A stretch of 64,000 nucleotides of DNA from Terriglobia bacterium (GTDB lineage Bacteria > Acidobacteriota > Terriglobia > 20CM-2-55-15). Made by a program: the position numbers and the translations under genes. This document shows positions 47,938 to 57,338 of the stretch, piece by piece. The stretch lies in NCBI GenBank assembly GCA_965198225.1, contig CBDAOY010000006.1:448001-512000 (forward strand). The letters run 5' to 3'. Positions within the stretch are counted from its first letter, which is position 1. Each line of letters starts with the position of its first letter. The notes beneath the pieces are model-generated. The model had not been told where the DNA came from. It made no database searches and was given only the letters and a program-made list of their open reading frames with translations.

Positions 47938-48580
47938 GGCCGAGGCTTTCCGCGACGACTACATCATCTTCGCCATACCATCGAAGGGCAAGAATGATCA
48001 GGGCGCGCTCGATAAGCTCAGGACCTTCCTCAGGATCTGTGTCCGGCATCAGCCTTCCAACATCGGCGCCTCGGGGAAGAGCAGCTTTCGCCCCTCGCCC
48101 AACCTCAACCCTTCCGTCCACTGGAAGCGGGACCTGCAGCCGGATTTCGACGTTGTCATCGACGGCGTGAAACGGGCCGGAACCGTAGGAGCCGTGTTTG
48201 ATTCGCGCGACAAGGCCGTGGCCTGTCTCCGCGAGGTCATTGACGCCGACCTTGGCTTGTCAGTCAACATCAGCACGTCAGTGGAAGGCGCGAAGGATGT
48301 CGGCCAGGCATGCGGGGTCCCGCGGCACAGCGTCGAGTACTCGCTGGGTTTCACCGATCCGCACGACCACCTGCCCCGAAGCCGGATTCTCGAACTCGCC
48401 ACGATGTGCGGCCATGGCATGATCTCGTTCCACCTGGTCCAGAAGATGGTCGACATGGTTCGGGAGGGCCGTCGTACACCGGCGCAGGCCGTGGCGACGC
48501 TGACCCGCTTCTGCCCTTGCGGCGTCTACAATCCGTCCCGCGCTTTGCGGCTTTTGGAAGAGAGTCATACGCAGCAGTAG
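47909..48580 (+). CDS. Conserved Cys-motif hypothetical protein coupled to the ferredoxin-domain gene
   Basis: GTG start after GAGGAGG, overlapping the upstream gene; MTNTLHR, TMCGHGM, CPCGVYNP motifs. Confidence 0.75.
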   Translation: MTNTLHRYGKAEAFRDDYIIFAIPSKGKNDQGALDKLRTFLRICVRHQPSNIGASGKSSFRPSPNLNPSVHWKRDLQPDFDVVIDGVKRAGTVGAVFDSRDKAVACLREVIDADLGLSVNISTSVEGAKDVGQACGVPRHSVEYSLGFTDPHDHLPRSRILELATMCGHGMISFHLVQKMVDMVREGRRTPAQAVATLTRFCPCGVYNPSRALRLLEESHTQQ

Positions 48581-48619
48581 GCCGCTGTCATTGGTTTATA
48601 GTCCGTCAAGTAATCGTCC

Positions 48620-49240
48620 CTGTCACTTTCGAGTTGTCGCTCGTCTACACGACGACTGAAGCTGAAAACGTGGTCAACCATCCTGTCCGGCGTCGGATCG
48701 TGATGCTTCTCATGATGGTAGGCAACGTCGGAATCGTCACAACGGTTGCTTCACTTCTGATGTCCTCCACCGGAGCTGCGGGGCCGGCTGCGTGGTTCCC
48801 GCGCTTGACGACGTTGTTGGCGGGACTCGGGACGCTCTACCTCGCAACGAAGATCCCGGTGGTCGACCGGGGCATCCATCGTTTCATCGAGTTCCTGCTC
48901 CGGAGGTTCAATTCGCTCCATCCCCGAGACTATGCTCGGCTGGTTTCATTGCCCGGCGATTACGGGGTAACGGAACTGCAAGTTCAGGCAGAGGATTGGC
49001 TGGCAAAACGAACGCTGGGTGACGCCGATCTCCACCGAGAAGGACTTCTCGTGCTGGGCACACCGGGTTGGCGGTGACTACGAGGGATTGCCCAGGCTGC
49101 CACGCGGATCTTTCCACACGATCGCTTGATCATCTACGGCCGCTCCGGCCAGCTGGGAGACTTGGATTGCCGATGCGCAGGAGAGGAGGGCGACAGGCGA
49201 CATGCGGTGGCCTGCGGCCGGACCGGAGAATCAAGTTGAT
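48620..49240 (+). pseudogene. Remnant of a TrkA-C domain membrane protein
   Basis: TTTEAENVVNHPVRRRIVMLLM..GN.G and YGVTELQV...WLA..TL....L..EGLLVLG; no start, frameshifted. Confidence 0.65.
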
Positions 49241-49257
49241 TGGTGGATTCGATCACG

Positions 49258-49422
49258 AGAGCACATGGGTCTTCGACGAAAGCGTGCGGTCATAGACCGC
49301 ACCTACACTTCCCCTCAGATCTCAACTCAACCCTGCCGCCACATCTTCCGTCTTGTGTAGGTGCGCTCTATGAGCGCACGACGCTTCGGCTCGAGGAATG
49401 TCCGGTCACAGAACCGCACCCC
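49258..49422. repeat. Two partly degenerate REP doublets
   Basis: GTGCGGTCATAGACCGCACCTAC at 49284 and GTAGGTGCGCTCTATGAGCGCAC at 49357, with degenerate partners. Confidence 0.8.
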
Positions 49423-49510
49423 ATTCCTGATTGCTTTGCCCCATCGCGTTAGGTAGTCTGTCTCCAAATTCTTTCCACCCGGTGACAGGGCGGTTTCTCC
49501 TGAGGAGGTA

Positions 49511-51460
49511 GTGACTATGAAACGCCACTCCAGAGCAGGCTACGGCCGGTCTGTGACGCTGTGCGGCGTCTGGCTGCTGGTGTCCGCCTCCATGCTCGTC
49601 GGCTTCCAGGCTTCAGCGCCGAAACAAGCTGATTCCTCTTACGACGTCATTCTGTTTGCGAAAGATGTCATGGTCCCGATGCGGGACGGTGTCCGACTGG
49701 CGACCGACGTCTATCGTCCTGCCCGCAACGGTGAGCCGGTTGAAGAAAAACTCCCAATCCTCCTGCAGCGGACGCCGTACAACAAGGAAGGCCGCGGGCT
49801 CGTCGAGAGTGCCCGATACTTCGTCCACCAGGGCTACGTGGTCGCGCTGCAGGACATCCGCGGTCGGTACAAATCCGAGGGGAGCTTCAGCAAGTACGCC
49901 TACGTCACCGCGCCCGACGGGTACGACACTCTAGGGTGGCTGGGAGCGCTTGCCTACGCCGATGGCCAGGTCGGCATGTGGGGCACATCCTACGGCGCAC
50001 ACACCCAGGCCGATGCCGCCAAGACGAATCCACCCAACCTCCGGACCGTCCTGCTCAACTTCGGAGGCCTCCACAACGGATGGGAGATCAAGGTCCGCAA
50101 CCACGGTGCCTTCGAGCTGGGACAGCAACTCGGCTGGGCTTTCGGCCAGGTCGCGGCGGGATCAGAGGATCCAGTGGTCCTCGAGATGATGGAAGCCGAG
50201 CCAGTAGAGAAATGGTTTGCCGCTATGCCGCTCCGCAAAGGGCTCAATCCGCTTTCGGTGGCGCCCGAGTTCGAGAGCTACGTCCTGGAGATGCTGACGC
50301 ACGGGGACTATGACGAATACTGGCGGGGTTTAGGTGTCAACTGGAGCGAGCACTATGCCGGAACTGCCGACATCCCGATGCTGCACGTCGGCGGCTGGTA
50401 CGACACCTATGCCGGGAGCACGTTCAAGAATTACGCGGGCCTCGCAAAGGCCAAGCAATCCCCGATACGACTGCTCGTAGGCCCCTGGGTCCACGGCGGC
50501 AATGCTCGCTCTAACGCGGGCGACGTCGAGTTCGGACCCGAAGCGGCAATCAACGATTTCGCCCGCGAGTTTCATTTGCGCTGGTTCGACCACTACTTGA
50601 AAGCCGCCCCGACAGGTGTCGGCGAGTGGCCGGCGATCAAGCTCTTCGTTATGGGAACAGGGGACGGCCACAAGGACGCGAACGGCAGGCTCTACCACGG
50701 TGGGTACTGGCGCGAGGAAACCTCATGGCCCCTGCCCGATACCGAGTTCGTAAAGTATTACTTCCACGCCGACGGAAGCCTGAATGCGGCGGGGCCGGTC
50801 GCGGATGTTTCGCCGACAACGTATCCTTACGATCCCGACGACCCCGTGCCGACAATCGGCGGGTCGTTTTCCGGCGCCCTGAAGAGGGGCGCCTACGACC
50901 AGCGCGAAAGAGAATTCAAGAGCCTCGGAGGTGGATCCGAGAACGGGTTCTACGGATCGAAACCGCCGTATTTACCGCTCAAGACCCGGTCCGATGTCGT
51001 GGTCTTTCAGACCGAACCGCTGGCAGAGGACGTCGAAGTGGTCGGCCCGATCCGCGTGACACTTTTCGCCGCGTCGACCGCGCTGGACACGGATTTCACG
51101 GCCAAGCTGATCGATGTCTACCCACCCAGCCGGGACTTCCCGTCCGGATTCGACATGAACCTCACCGACGGCATCGTTCGGGCCCGTTACCGGAATTCTC
51201 CCGAACGCCAGGAGCTCATGACGCCCGGTCAGATCTACGAGTTCGTTATCGAGCCGTTCCCGACAGGGAACGTCTTCAAGAAAGGACACCGGATCAGGAT
51301 CGACATCTCGAGCAGCAACTTTCCCCGCTTCGACGTGAACCCGAATACCGGGGAGCCGCTGGGCAAGCACAGGCGCATGATTGTGGCCGACAACTCGATC
51401 TATCACGATGCCGCTCACCCTTCCCACATCGTGCTTCCGATCGTGCCGGCTGGACGGTGA
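49511..51460 (+). CDS. CocE/NonD family hydrolase (S15)
   Basis: MRDGVRLATDVY, RTPY, QDIRGRY.SEG, GTSYG, GWYD, GPWVH, SSSNFPRFD.N.NTG. Confidence 0.95.
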   Translation: MTMKRHSRAGYGRSVTLCGVWLLVSASMLVGFQASAPKQADSSYDVILFAKDVMVPMRDGVRLATDVYRPARNGEPVEEKLPILLQRTPYNKEGRGLVESARYFVHQGYVVALQDIRGRYKSEGSFSKYAYVTAPDGYDTLGWLGALAYADGQVGMWGTSYGAHTQADAAKTNPPNLRTVLLNFGGLHNGWEIKVRNHGAFELGQQLGWAFGQVAAGSEDPVVLEMMEAEPVEKWFAAMPLRKGLNPLSVAPEFESYVLEMLTHGDYDEYWRGLGVNWSEHYAGTADIPMLHVGGWYDTYAGSTFKNYAGLAKAKQSPIRLLVGPWVHGGNARSNAGDVEFGPEAAINDFAREFHLRWFDHYLKAAPTGVGEWPAIKLFVMGTGDGHKDANGRLYHGGYWREETSWPLPDTEFVKYYFHADGSLNAAGPVADVSPTTYPYDPDDPVPTIGGSFSGALKRGAYDQREREFKSLGGGSENGFYGSKPPYLPLKTRSDVVVFQTEPLAEDVEVVGPIRVTLFAASTALDTDFTAKLIDVYPPSRDFPSGFDMNLTDGIVRARYRNSPERQELMTPGQIYEFVIEPFPTGNVFKKGHRIRIDISSSNFPRFDVNPNTGEPLGKHRRMIVADNSIYHDAAHPSHIVLPIVPAGR

Positions 51461-51535
51461 ACTGACGGTTGGGACGAATTCCAAGGGTGGTCCGACCGCG
51501 ACCCGGGGGAGTCCGGGAGCAATCAGGAGTCTTCT

Positions 51536-53017
51536 ATGATTTTACGTATCGTTTCGGTGATCCTTCTCCTGTCGTTGACGGGAACGCTGTCCGCCCAGCA
51601 GGCGGAACGCTACGACTACCTGGAGCCGACCGACCGACTCATCACGGCCGGAGTACAGGCGCTGATGATCTGCAACGGTCTTTTCGTTTCCAACCGCACG
51701 CTGGACCAGATCTATGAACAGGAGCTGAAACTGGACCGGATGCCCATCCTGCCTCCGCGACAGGTCCGGATTGATCGAGAAAGAAAGGCCGTGGTCGTGG
51801 GCGGCAAGGGCAGCAACGCGCTACCTGCGATGCGCGCCGCCTACCGAACCGGATTGGGTTGCATCGTCATGGCGCCCGACCAGACGCTCGAGGACATCGA
51901 CACGTTGCCGAAGCTCGAAATGCCTCCGCTGGCCGGGGACCCGACGACGATTCCATGGCCGGACGGGGACCTCGTAGAAGAAAAGCCGTTGCCGGCTACC
52001 ATCGACCGACGCGCGATCGAAGCGGCCGCGGACTGGGCCTTCGAGCGTCCCCGGTCGCAGATCACGTTGAGCCTCCTCATCGTGCACAAGGGTGACGTCA
52101 TCCTCGAGCGATATGCGTCGGGCGTCGATATGACGACTCGAACCCGAACCTGGTCGACGGCGAAGAGCATCGCCAGCACGCTCATCGGCATGATGGTCGG
52201 GCGAGGCGAGCTGACGCTCGACGGCCCCCTCCCGTACTCGGACTGGGGATCGTCACTCAACGATCGCGAAACCGCGGGCAACGATCCTCGGAGGAAGATC
52301 ACGCTGCGGGATGTTCTCCACATGTCCAGTGGCCTGTACCCGGTCGACAACAGCAGCTGGAAGGTTCCCTCCCACGTCAGCTATTTCGGCGGCGCGAGCT
52401 CGGTTCGAGGAGCGTTGGACCGCGGAGTAGTGCGAGAACCCGGAACGGTGTGGGACTACGAGAACTACGACACCCTCCTGGCGATCTACGCGCTCAAGAC
52501 CGCCATCGGGGATCCGCAGAAGTACCTCGAGTTCCCACGAAACGAGTTGTTCGACAAGATCGGCATGCGCAACACCCTGCCCGGGGTCGACCGCTTCGGG
52601 GATTTCATCCTCAGCAGCCAGGTGTACACGAATGCCAGGGATCTGGCGCGTCTGGGCCTGCTGTACCTGAACGAAGGGGTTTGGAACGGCGAACGGATTC
52701 TGCCCGAAAGCTGGATCCGGTTCGTCCGCACGCCGGCACCTTCGACCGCGACCAGCGGCCGGTTCTACGGCGGACAGTGGTGGCTCGTTCCCGATAACCG
52801 GACCGAAGTTCCTCAGGACGCATACACCACTTCGGGCAACAGGGGCCAGTACACGATCGTCATCCCGTCCTACGACCTGGTCATCGTCCGGCGAGGGTTG
52901 GACTGGGGTTCACCCGGATTCCCTCGATGGGACCTGGTTGTCGAAGTGTTGAAGGCGTTCCCAGAGCGTGAAGGCGGAGACAAACTGAGCGTCCCATCGC
53001 GCAATCGTCGCCAATAG
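51536..53017 (+). CDS. Exported serine hydrolase, beta-lactamase class C-like
   Basis: WSTAKS (SxxK), L.MSSGL, YEN, ARDLARLG.LYL..G.W.G. Confidence 0.92.
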   Translation: MILRIVSVILLLSLTGTLSAQQAERYDYLEPTDRLITAGVQALMICNGLFVSNRTLDQIYEQELKLDRMPILPPRQVRIDRERKAVVVGGKGSNALPAMRAAYRTGLGCIVMAPDQTLEDIDTLPKLEMPPLAGDPTTIPWPDGDLVEEKPLPATIDRRAIEAAADWAFERPRSQITLSLLIVHKGDVILERYASGVDMTTRTRTWSTAKSIASTLIGMMVGRGELTLDGPLPYSDWGSSLNDRETAGNDPRRKITLRDVLHMSSGLYPVDNSSWKVPSHVSYFGGASSVRGALDRGVVREPGTVWDYENYDTLLAIYALKTAIGDPQKYLEFPRNELFDKIGMRNTLPGVDRFGDFILSSQVYTNARDLARLGLLYLNEGVWNGERILPESWIRFVRTPAPSTATSGRFYGGQWWLVPDNRTEVPQDAYTTSGNRGQYTIVIPSYDLVIVRRGLDWGSPGFPRWDLVVEVLKAFPEREGGDKLSVPSRNRRQ

Positions 53018-53067
53018 CGGAAACGGCGCTAATAGCGGAATCGTCGCCAATCGCGCAATCGCCGGTA
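52996..53067. repeat. Four imperfect tandem 18-bp units
   Basis: ATCGCGCAATCGTCGCCA / ATAGCGGAAACGGCGCTA / ATAGCGGAATCGTCGCCA / ATCGCGCAATCGCCGGTA. Confidence 0.75.
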
Positions 53068-53121
53068 AGGGGGCCCGATAGTCTGCGAGGACACGAAGGC
53101 CCACGGATAAGTTGGGGCGAT

Positions 53122-53550
53122 TTGGATCTAGTCACACTACGATCGACAACGGACGACAAGCTCGCGGGAGGCATCCGTCTGATGCTGGCCGTGATCTTCC
53201 TGATGAGCGGTCCGATGAAGGTGCTCGTGCCCAGCCTGGCCGAGGCGTGGGCCGGCCAACTCGTCGCCGCCCAGATTCCGTTTGCCGTGTTGTCGCGGGT
53301 GACCGTGCCCTACCTTGAATTGTTTCTGGGTATCGTGCTTGCCGTCGGAGTCTTCGTACGTCCCGCGGCGTTCGTCGTCATCAACATCATGATCGTCGCG
53401 ACCTACGTGCACCTGGTCGTAGACGATCCGTCCCTGTTCCCGCTACAACCCACCGAACCCATCATCCCGGTCTTGGTGATAATCGGTAGCATCTATCTGC
53501 TCTGGCGCGGAGGCGGTGCCTGGAGCCGGGACTTGAAAGCGACACCGTAG
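53122..53550 (+). CDS. DoxX family membrane protein
   Basis: RLMLAVIFLMSG..K, ELFLG, GGGAWS.D motifs. Confidence 0.85.
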   Translation: MDLVTLRSTTDDKLAGGIRLMLAVIFLMSGPMKVLVPSLAEAWAGQLVAAQIPFAVLSRVTVPYLELFLGIVLAVGVFVRPAAFVVINIMIVATYVHLVVDDPSLFPLQPTEPIIPVLVIIGSIYLLWRGGGAWSRDLKATP

Positions 53551-53634
53551 ATTTCGGGACTTCCTATCGAAGAGTCGTCGGCCTTTAGTCAACAAGCACG
53601 GGATACAAGGAAGCGGTCGTTTGTTCGACACATC

Positions 53635-56578
53635 CTAGGGAAGGGGCGTAACAGGGAGTGTTGTGAATTGACCTGCCGAAGAGCCGATCTCCAGAGCAGT
53701 GCCGACGATCTGGCCGCTGCCTGCAGTAATCTCCGCTGTCATCGTGCCGCGGAAAGCCTCCGTCTGAGCGCTCGGGAACAGTTCGGCGATAAAGCGCGCC
53801 AGGTGACCTCGAGCGACCAGGTCTGCTGTGGTCTCGCCGCCCTCCACGAGAACCCCGGCTTCGTTACGGATTCGCAGCCTCACCGTCAGTGCCGTTAGGC
53901 TGGTGTTGGCGATCGCGATGCCGGTATCAATACCGGAGGCGGAGTTGCGGAGAGCCGGAACGATAAAACCGCTGCTCGTCGGAACGCTCTGACCGACACC
54001 GACCACGCCGATACCGGGCAGCGTGAATCGGACCACGCCGCCCAGGGCGCCACCAGAGTCGACGGAGGCCGAGCCGGCGACGAGATCGCCCTGACCATCC
54101 GACGGCACCGCTGCTCGTCGGAACGCTCTGACCGACACCGACCACGCCGATACCGGGCAGCGTGAATCGGACCACGCCGCCCAGGGCGCCACCAGAGTCG
54201 ACGGAGGCCGAGCCGGCGACGAGATCGCCCTGACCATCCGACGGCAGCGTCACCGACCCCAGCGCAGGAACCGAAAAACTGGTCGGGCCTCCCAGTCCCA
54301 GAGGCTGGGTGCTCAGCGGGGATCCGTTGTCGTCGAAGAGGCTCACGGTTCCGGTCACCGACGCGCCCGCCACGGGGTTCGTCAGCACCACATCCGACTT
54401 CACCCCGAGCCCATCTGCGTAATGGGCAAAGAACAGGTCGCCGGCAGGAGTGGCGTTCAGCTGGGTCACGGGCATCGTGGTGAACTGCCCCGGAATCGTT
54501 CCCAACTCCATTACGATACCGGCCAGCTGAGTGGAACCGCCGGCTGCGGTCAGCGTACCGCTAAAATCGACAGGATCCAGGTTGAACAGCTCGCCCACGA
54601 ATGCCGATAGATGGCCGGATGGCTGCAGGGTACGCGAGGTCGAACCGACTGAGAGGCCGTTGGCGTCACGCAACGTCAGAGCTAGAGTCGCGGCGTCGCT
54701 GCCAAGATTCAATATCGCAACACCGGTGTCCAGGTTGGTGGACGCTACCCTCCGTACCGGTGAGATAAAATCTGTCACGGGTGCACTCGCGCCAACCCCT
54801 GCGACCCCGATTCCCGGAATACTGAACTTGACCACGCCACCGACTGGATGTGTGGAGCTGACCTTCACCGATCCCGCAACTAGGTCTCCCTGGCCGTCCG
54901 TGTGGACCGTGAAGGAGCCGAGCGGGGCGATGGTGAAGGTGGTTTCGTCCCGCTCCAGGCGATCGAGCAGGCCAGTCTCCAGGGCCTGGCCGCTGTCGTT
55001 CACGAAGGCAATCTGTCCGGTTACAAACGCCGCCGGCGAAGGGTTCGTCAGGACAACCGTCGAGACGATGCCAGCGCCGTTGGCGAACTGTGCCAGAAAC
55101 GTCGGTTCGGGCACCACGATCACAGCACCGTTGAGGATGGACCGACCCCCAGGAGTCGTTGCGGTAAGCGTGCGCGGTCCCGGAGTCGCATCGGCCGCCA
55201 CCGCGAGCTGCAGCAAAAAGTCGCTGCTTCTGACTTGCTGTGATTCGATGGTCACGCCGTCGCCACTGATCTCGAACATCGTCCCGGAGAGGAACGCCGA
55301 CTCTCCGACCAGATTTTCCCCGAAAAACAGCGCAAGAAAAGGCGAAGTTCCGACGGTTACGACGGCAGGAGCCTCGAAACTCCCGCCGGCTAGAGCCGCA
55401 TACGAGACCGTGTCGAGGTTGGGAGAAGTCTCGGAGCGTGGTTCGACTTCGACCGGCCCCAGGGCGACGGTCGCGCCGGCGATAACGGAAACCGGACCTG
55501 CAGGCGCCGAGGCCGTGACGTCGTTCTCGACCAACAGGCCGGTTCCTCCATCGCCAAAGGGCGCACGCATCTGAATATCCGCGGGGCCATCCAGTGGCTC
55601 CACAACTATCGAATAGGTTCCGGGAAGCAGTCCGGCGATACGAAAATCTCCGCTGGATGACGCGTAGCCGTTCGGCACGGCGTTGGCGTCGTAACTGGAC
55701 GCTCCCGATATCGAGCTCCCCACCACGATGCCGGCTTCGTTGAGCGCCGATACCTGCAAGCCGAAGGCAGGACTGCCGGACTTCGTCACGGAACCTGAAA
55801 TGGAACCCCGCTGCTCGAGGAAGGCATCGGTAGGGTAGCTGGCCGAGGCGCCGATGATGTCCACGTCATGGAGGGCCCGGCCAATGAACGTTCCGCCCAA
55901 TGAGAAGTACCCGTACATTATCGATCCAATGATCGCATTGTGCCCCAGACCGATAAAGTGTCCGACTTCGTGAGTCACGGTTCTCCAAATATCCTTACCC
56001 TCCAGGGACCGGTCGAGGCTGAACTCCGTCGTCGGATTGACCACTATGTCCACATCGAAGATCTCGCCGGCAGTGGCTTCCAGAACGGCACCGTTCGGAA
56101 GGTTCACGGGGCCATCCTCCAGGGCGTAGCGCATTCGTGCGGATGCCGAGGCCTCGTCGGGCCCGCTGAAGTCCGTGGGTGAGAACGTCACGACGTTGTT
56201 CCCATCGGCTTCGTTTGTGAGGGTAGTCGTTCCCTCATAGCTGAATCGAATTCTGGAGGTGGGAACATCCTGCCAGGTCAGAAACGCCGCGCGCACGACA
56301 CGAACCAGATCGTCGGCCGTGGTCCCGGCCGGCTGGAGCGCGGTGGCATCTTCCGGCCGAGTCGGATTGATCAGGTAAGGTATGCTCCCGCCCTGTCGTG
56401 ACAGATTCCATCTGTTCACCACGCCCTCGGAGTCCCCCCTGGAAACGGTGAGGGGAATGTAGGCCGATCCTGAGACAGCAAAGGGGGCTAGCGCCAGGCC
56501 GCCGAGCATCAGTCGGAGAAGAAGAGTAAATAGATCGGTACCGCTGCGAGTCGGTCTCTTGGACAGTGACATCCACAC
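53635..56578 (-). pseudogene. Exported matrixin-like metzincin with Ig-like and repeated C-terminal beta domains, frameshifted by a 139-bp tandem duplication
   Basis: HEVGHFIGLGH plus SIMY Met-turn; removing one repeat copy joins ORFs 53927-56578 and 53635-54237 into 934 aa. Confidence 0.85.
53969..54246. repeat. Exact 139-bp tandem duplication (53969-54107, 54108-54246)
   Basis: CCGCTGCTCGTCGGAACG...CCATCCGACGGCA occurs twice head to tail. Confidence 0.92.
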
Positions 56579-56615
56579 TCCGGGCAGGAGAGCCGCGTGA
56601 CTCTGGGGCTCCGTC

Positions 56616-57122
56616 CTAGGGTCGCGTCGAAACGACCCGCTCGATGTCCTCGATGACGCGCCGGAGAGGTCTGCGACCGATCGTTTTCGTGCCCGTTTCG
56701 GGTCGCACCCGAATCAGATACTTGCCCTGGGCCCCGCCGACAACACGGACTGCGCCGGCGACGAGCCTCGCAAACAGAATCACTTCCTCATCCTCACGGA
56801 ACTGGGCCATCCCGGGTGCGACCATGCCGAAGTTTCGTTCCGGCAGTTCACCTCCCGGGACGATGAGGGTCAAACGTGATCCTCCACTTCCTTTCAGATA
56901 GCGCGCGACCTCCAGCGTCACGTCGGTAAGGATCATTCGGGCTTCGTTGTCCCACCGACTCCGGGTCGACACACATGTTCCGACCAGGACCATGTCCGCG
57001 CGGGCAACCAGCGAACGAATCTCCGAAGGCGCTGTTCCTTGTGTGAGAACGGTCGCAACGCTTGCTCCAGACAGCAGAGCGGCCAGACTCACCTTCCGAA
57101 GCAGGGATTTGCGCCACGCCAT
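56616..57122 (-). CDS. Exported OB-fold/TIMP-like hypothetical protein upstream of the metalloprotease
   Basis: Signal peptide; ADMVLVG.C....RW...I.T.V...V...LKG...PGG...F...EEVILF...QGKY. Confidence 0.7.
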   Translation of the reverse strand: MAWRKSLLRKVSLAALLSGASVATVLTQGTAPSEIRSLVARADMVLVGTCVSTRSRWDNEARMILTDVTLEVARYLKGSGGSRLTLIVPGGELPERNFGMVAPGMAQFREDEEVILFARLVAGAVRVVGGAQGKYLIRVRPETGTKTIGRRPLRRVIEDIERVVSTRP

Positions 57123-57338
57123 GCGGCCTCCTCAGGCTGTTCACGTTCAGGGTTGGCGAAAGTGTGGCATAGCGCCGTCCGAGCACAAAACGATATTGCG
57201 GTCCGACACTTGTTCAGGATCGGACCAAACGAACCCCAGAACGGCTATTTTCGGCCCTCGAAACATGTTCTGATTCCATCTTCTTTGCGGCATTATGAAT
57301 TTAATCGCCACAACGTAGATCTTCCGGGAGGTGTCTCG

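Noticed and set aside
2201-49422. REP repeats as a possible CRISPR array
   Set aside because: Dispersed inverted doublets rather than regularly spaced direct repeats; no cas genes.
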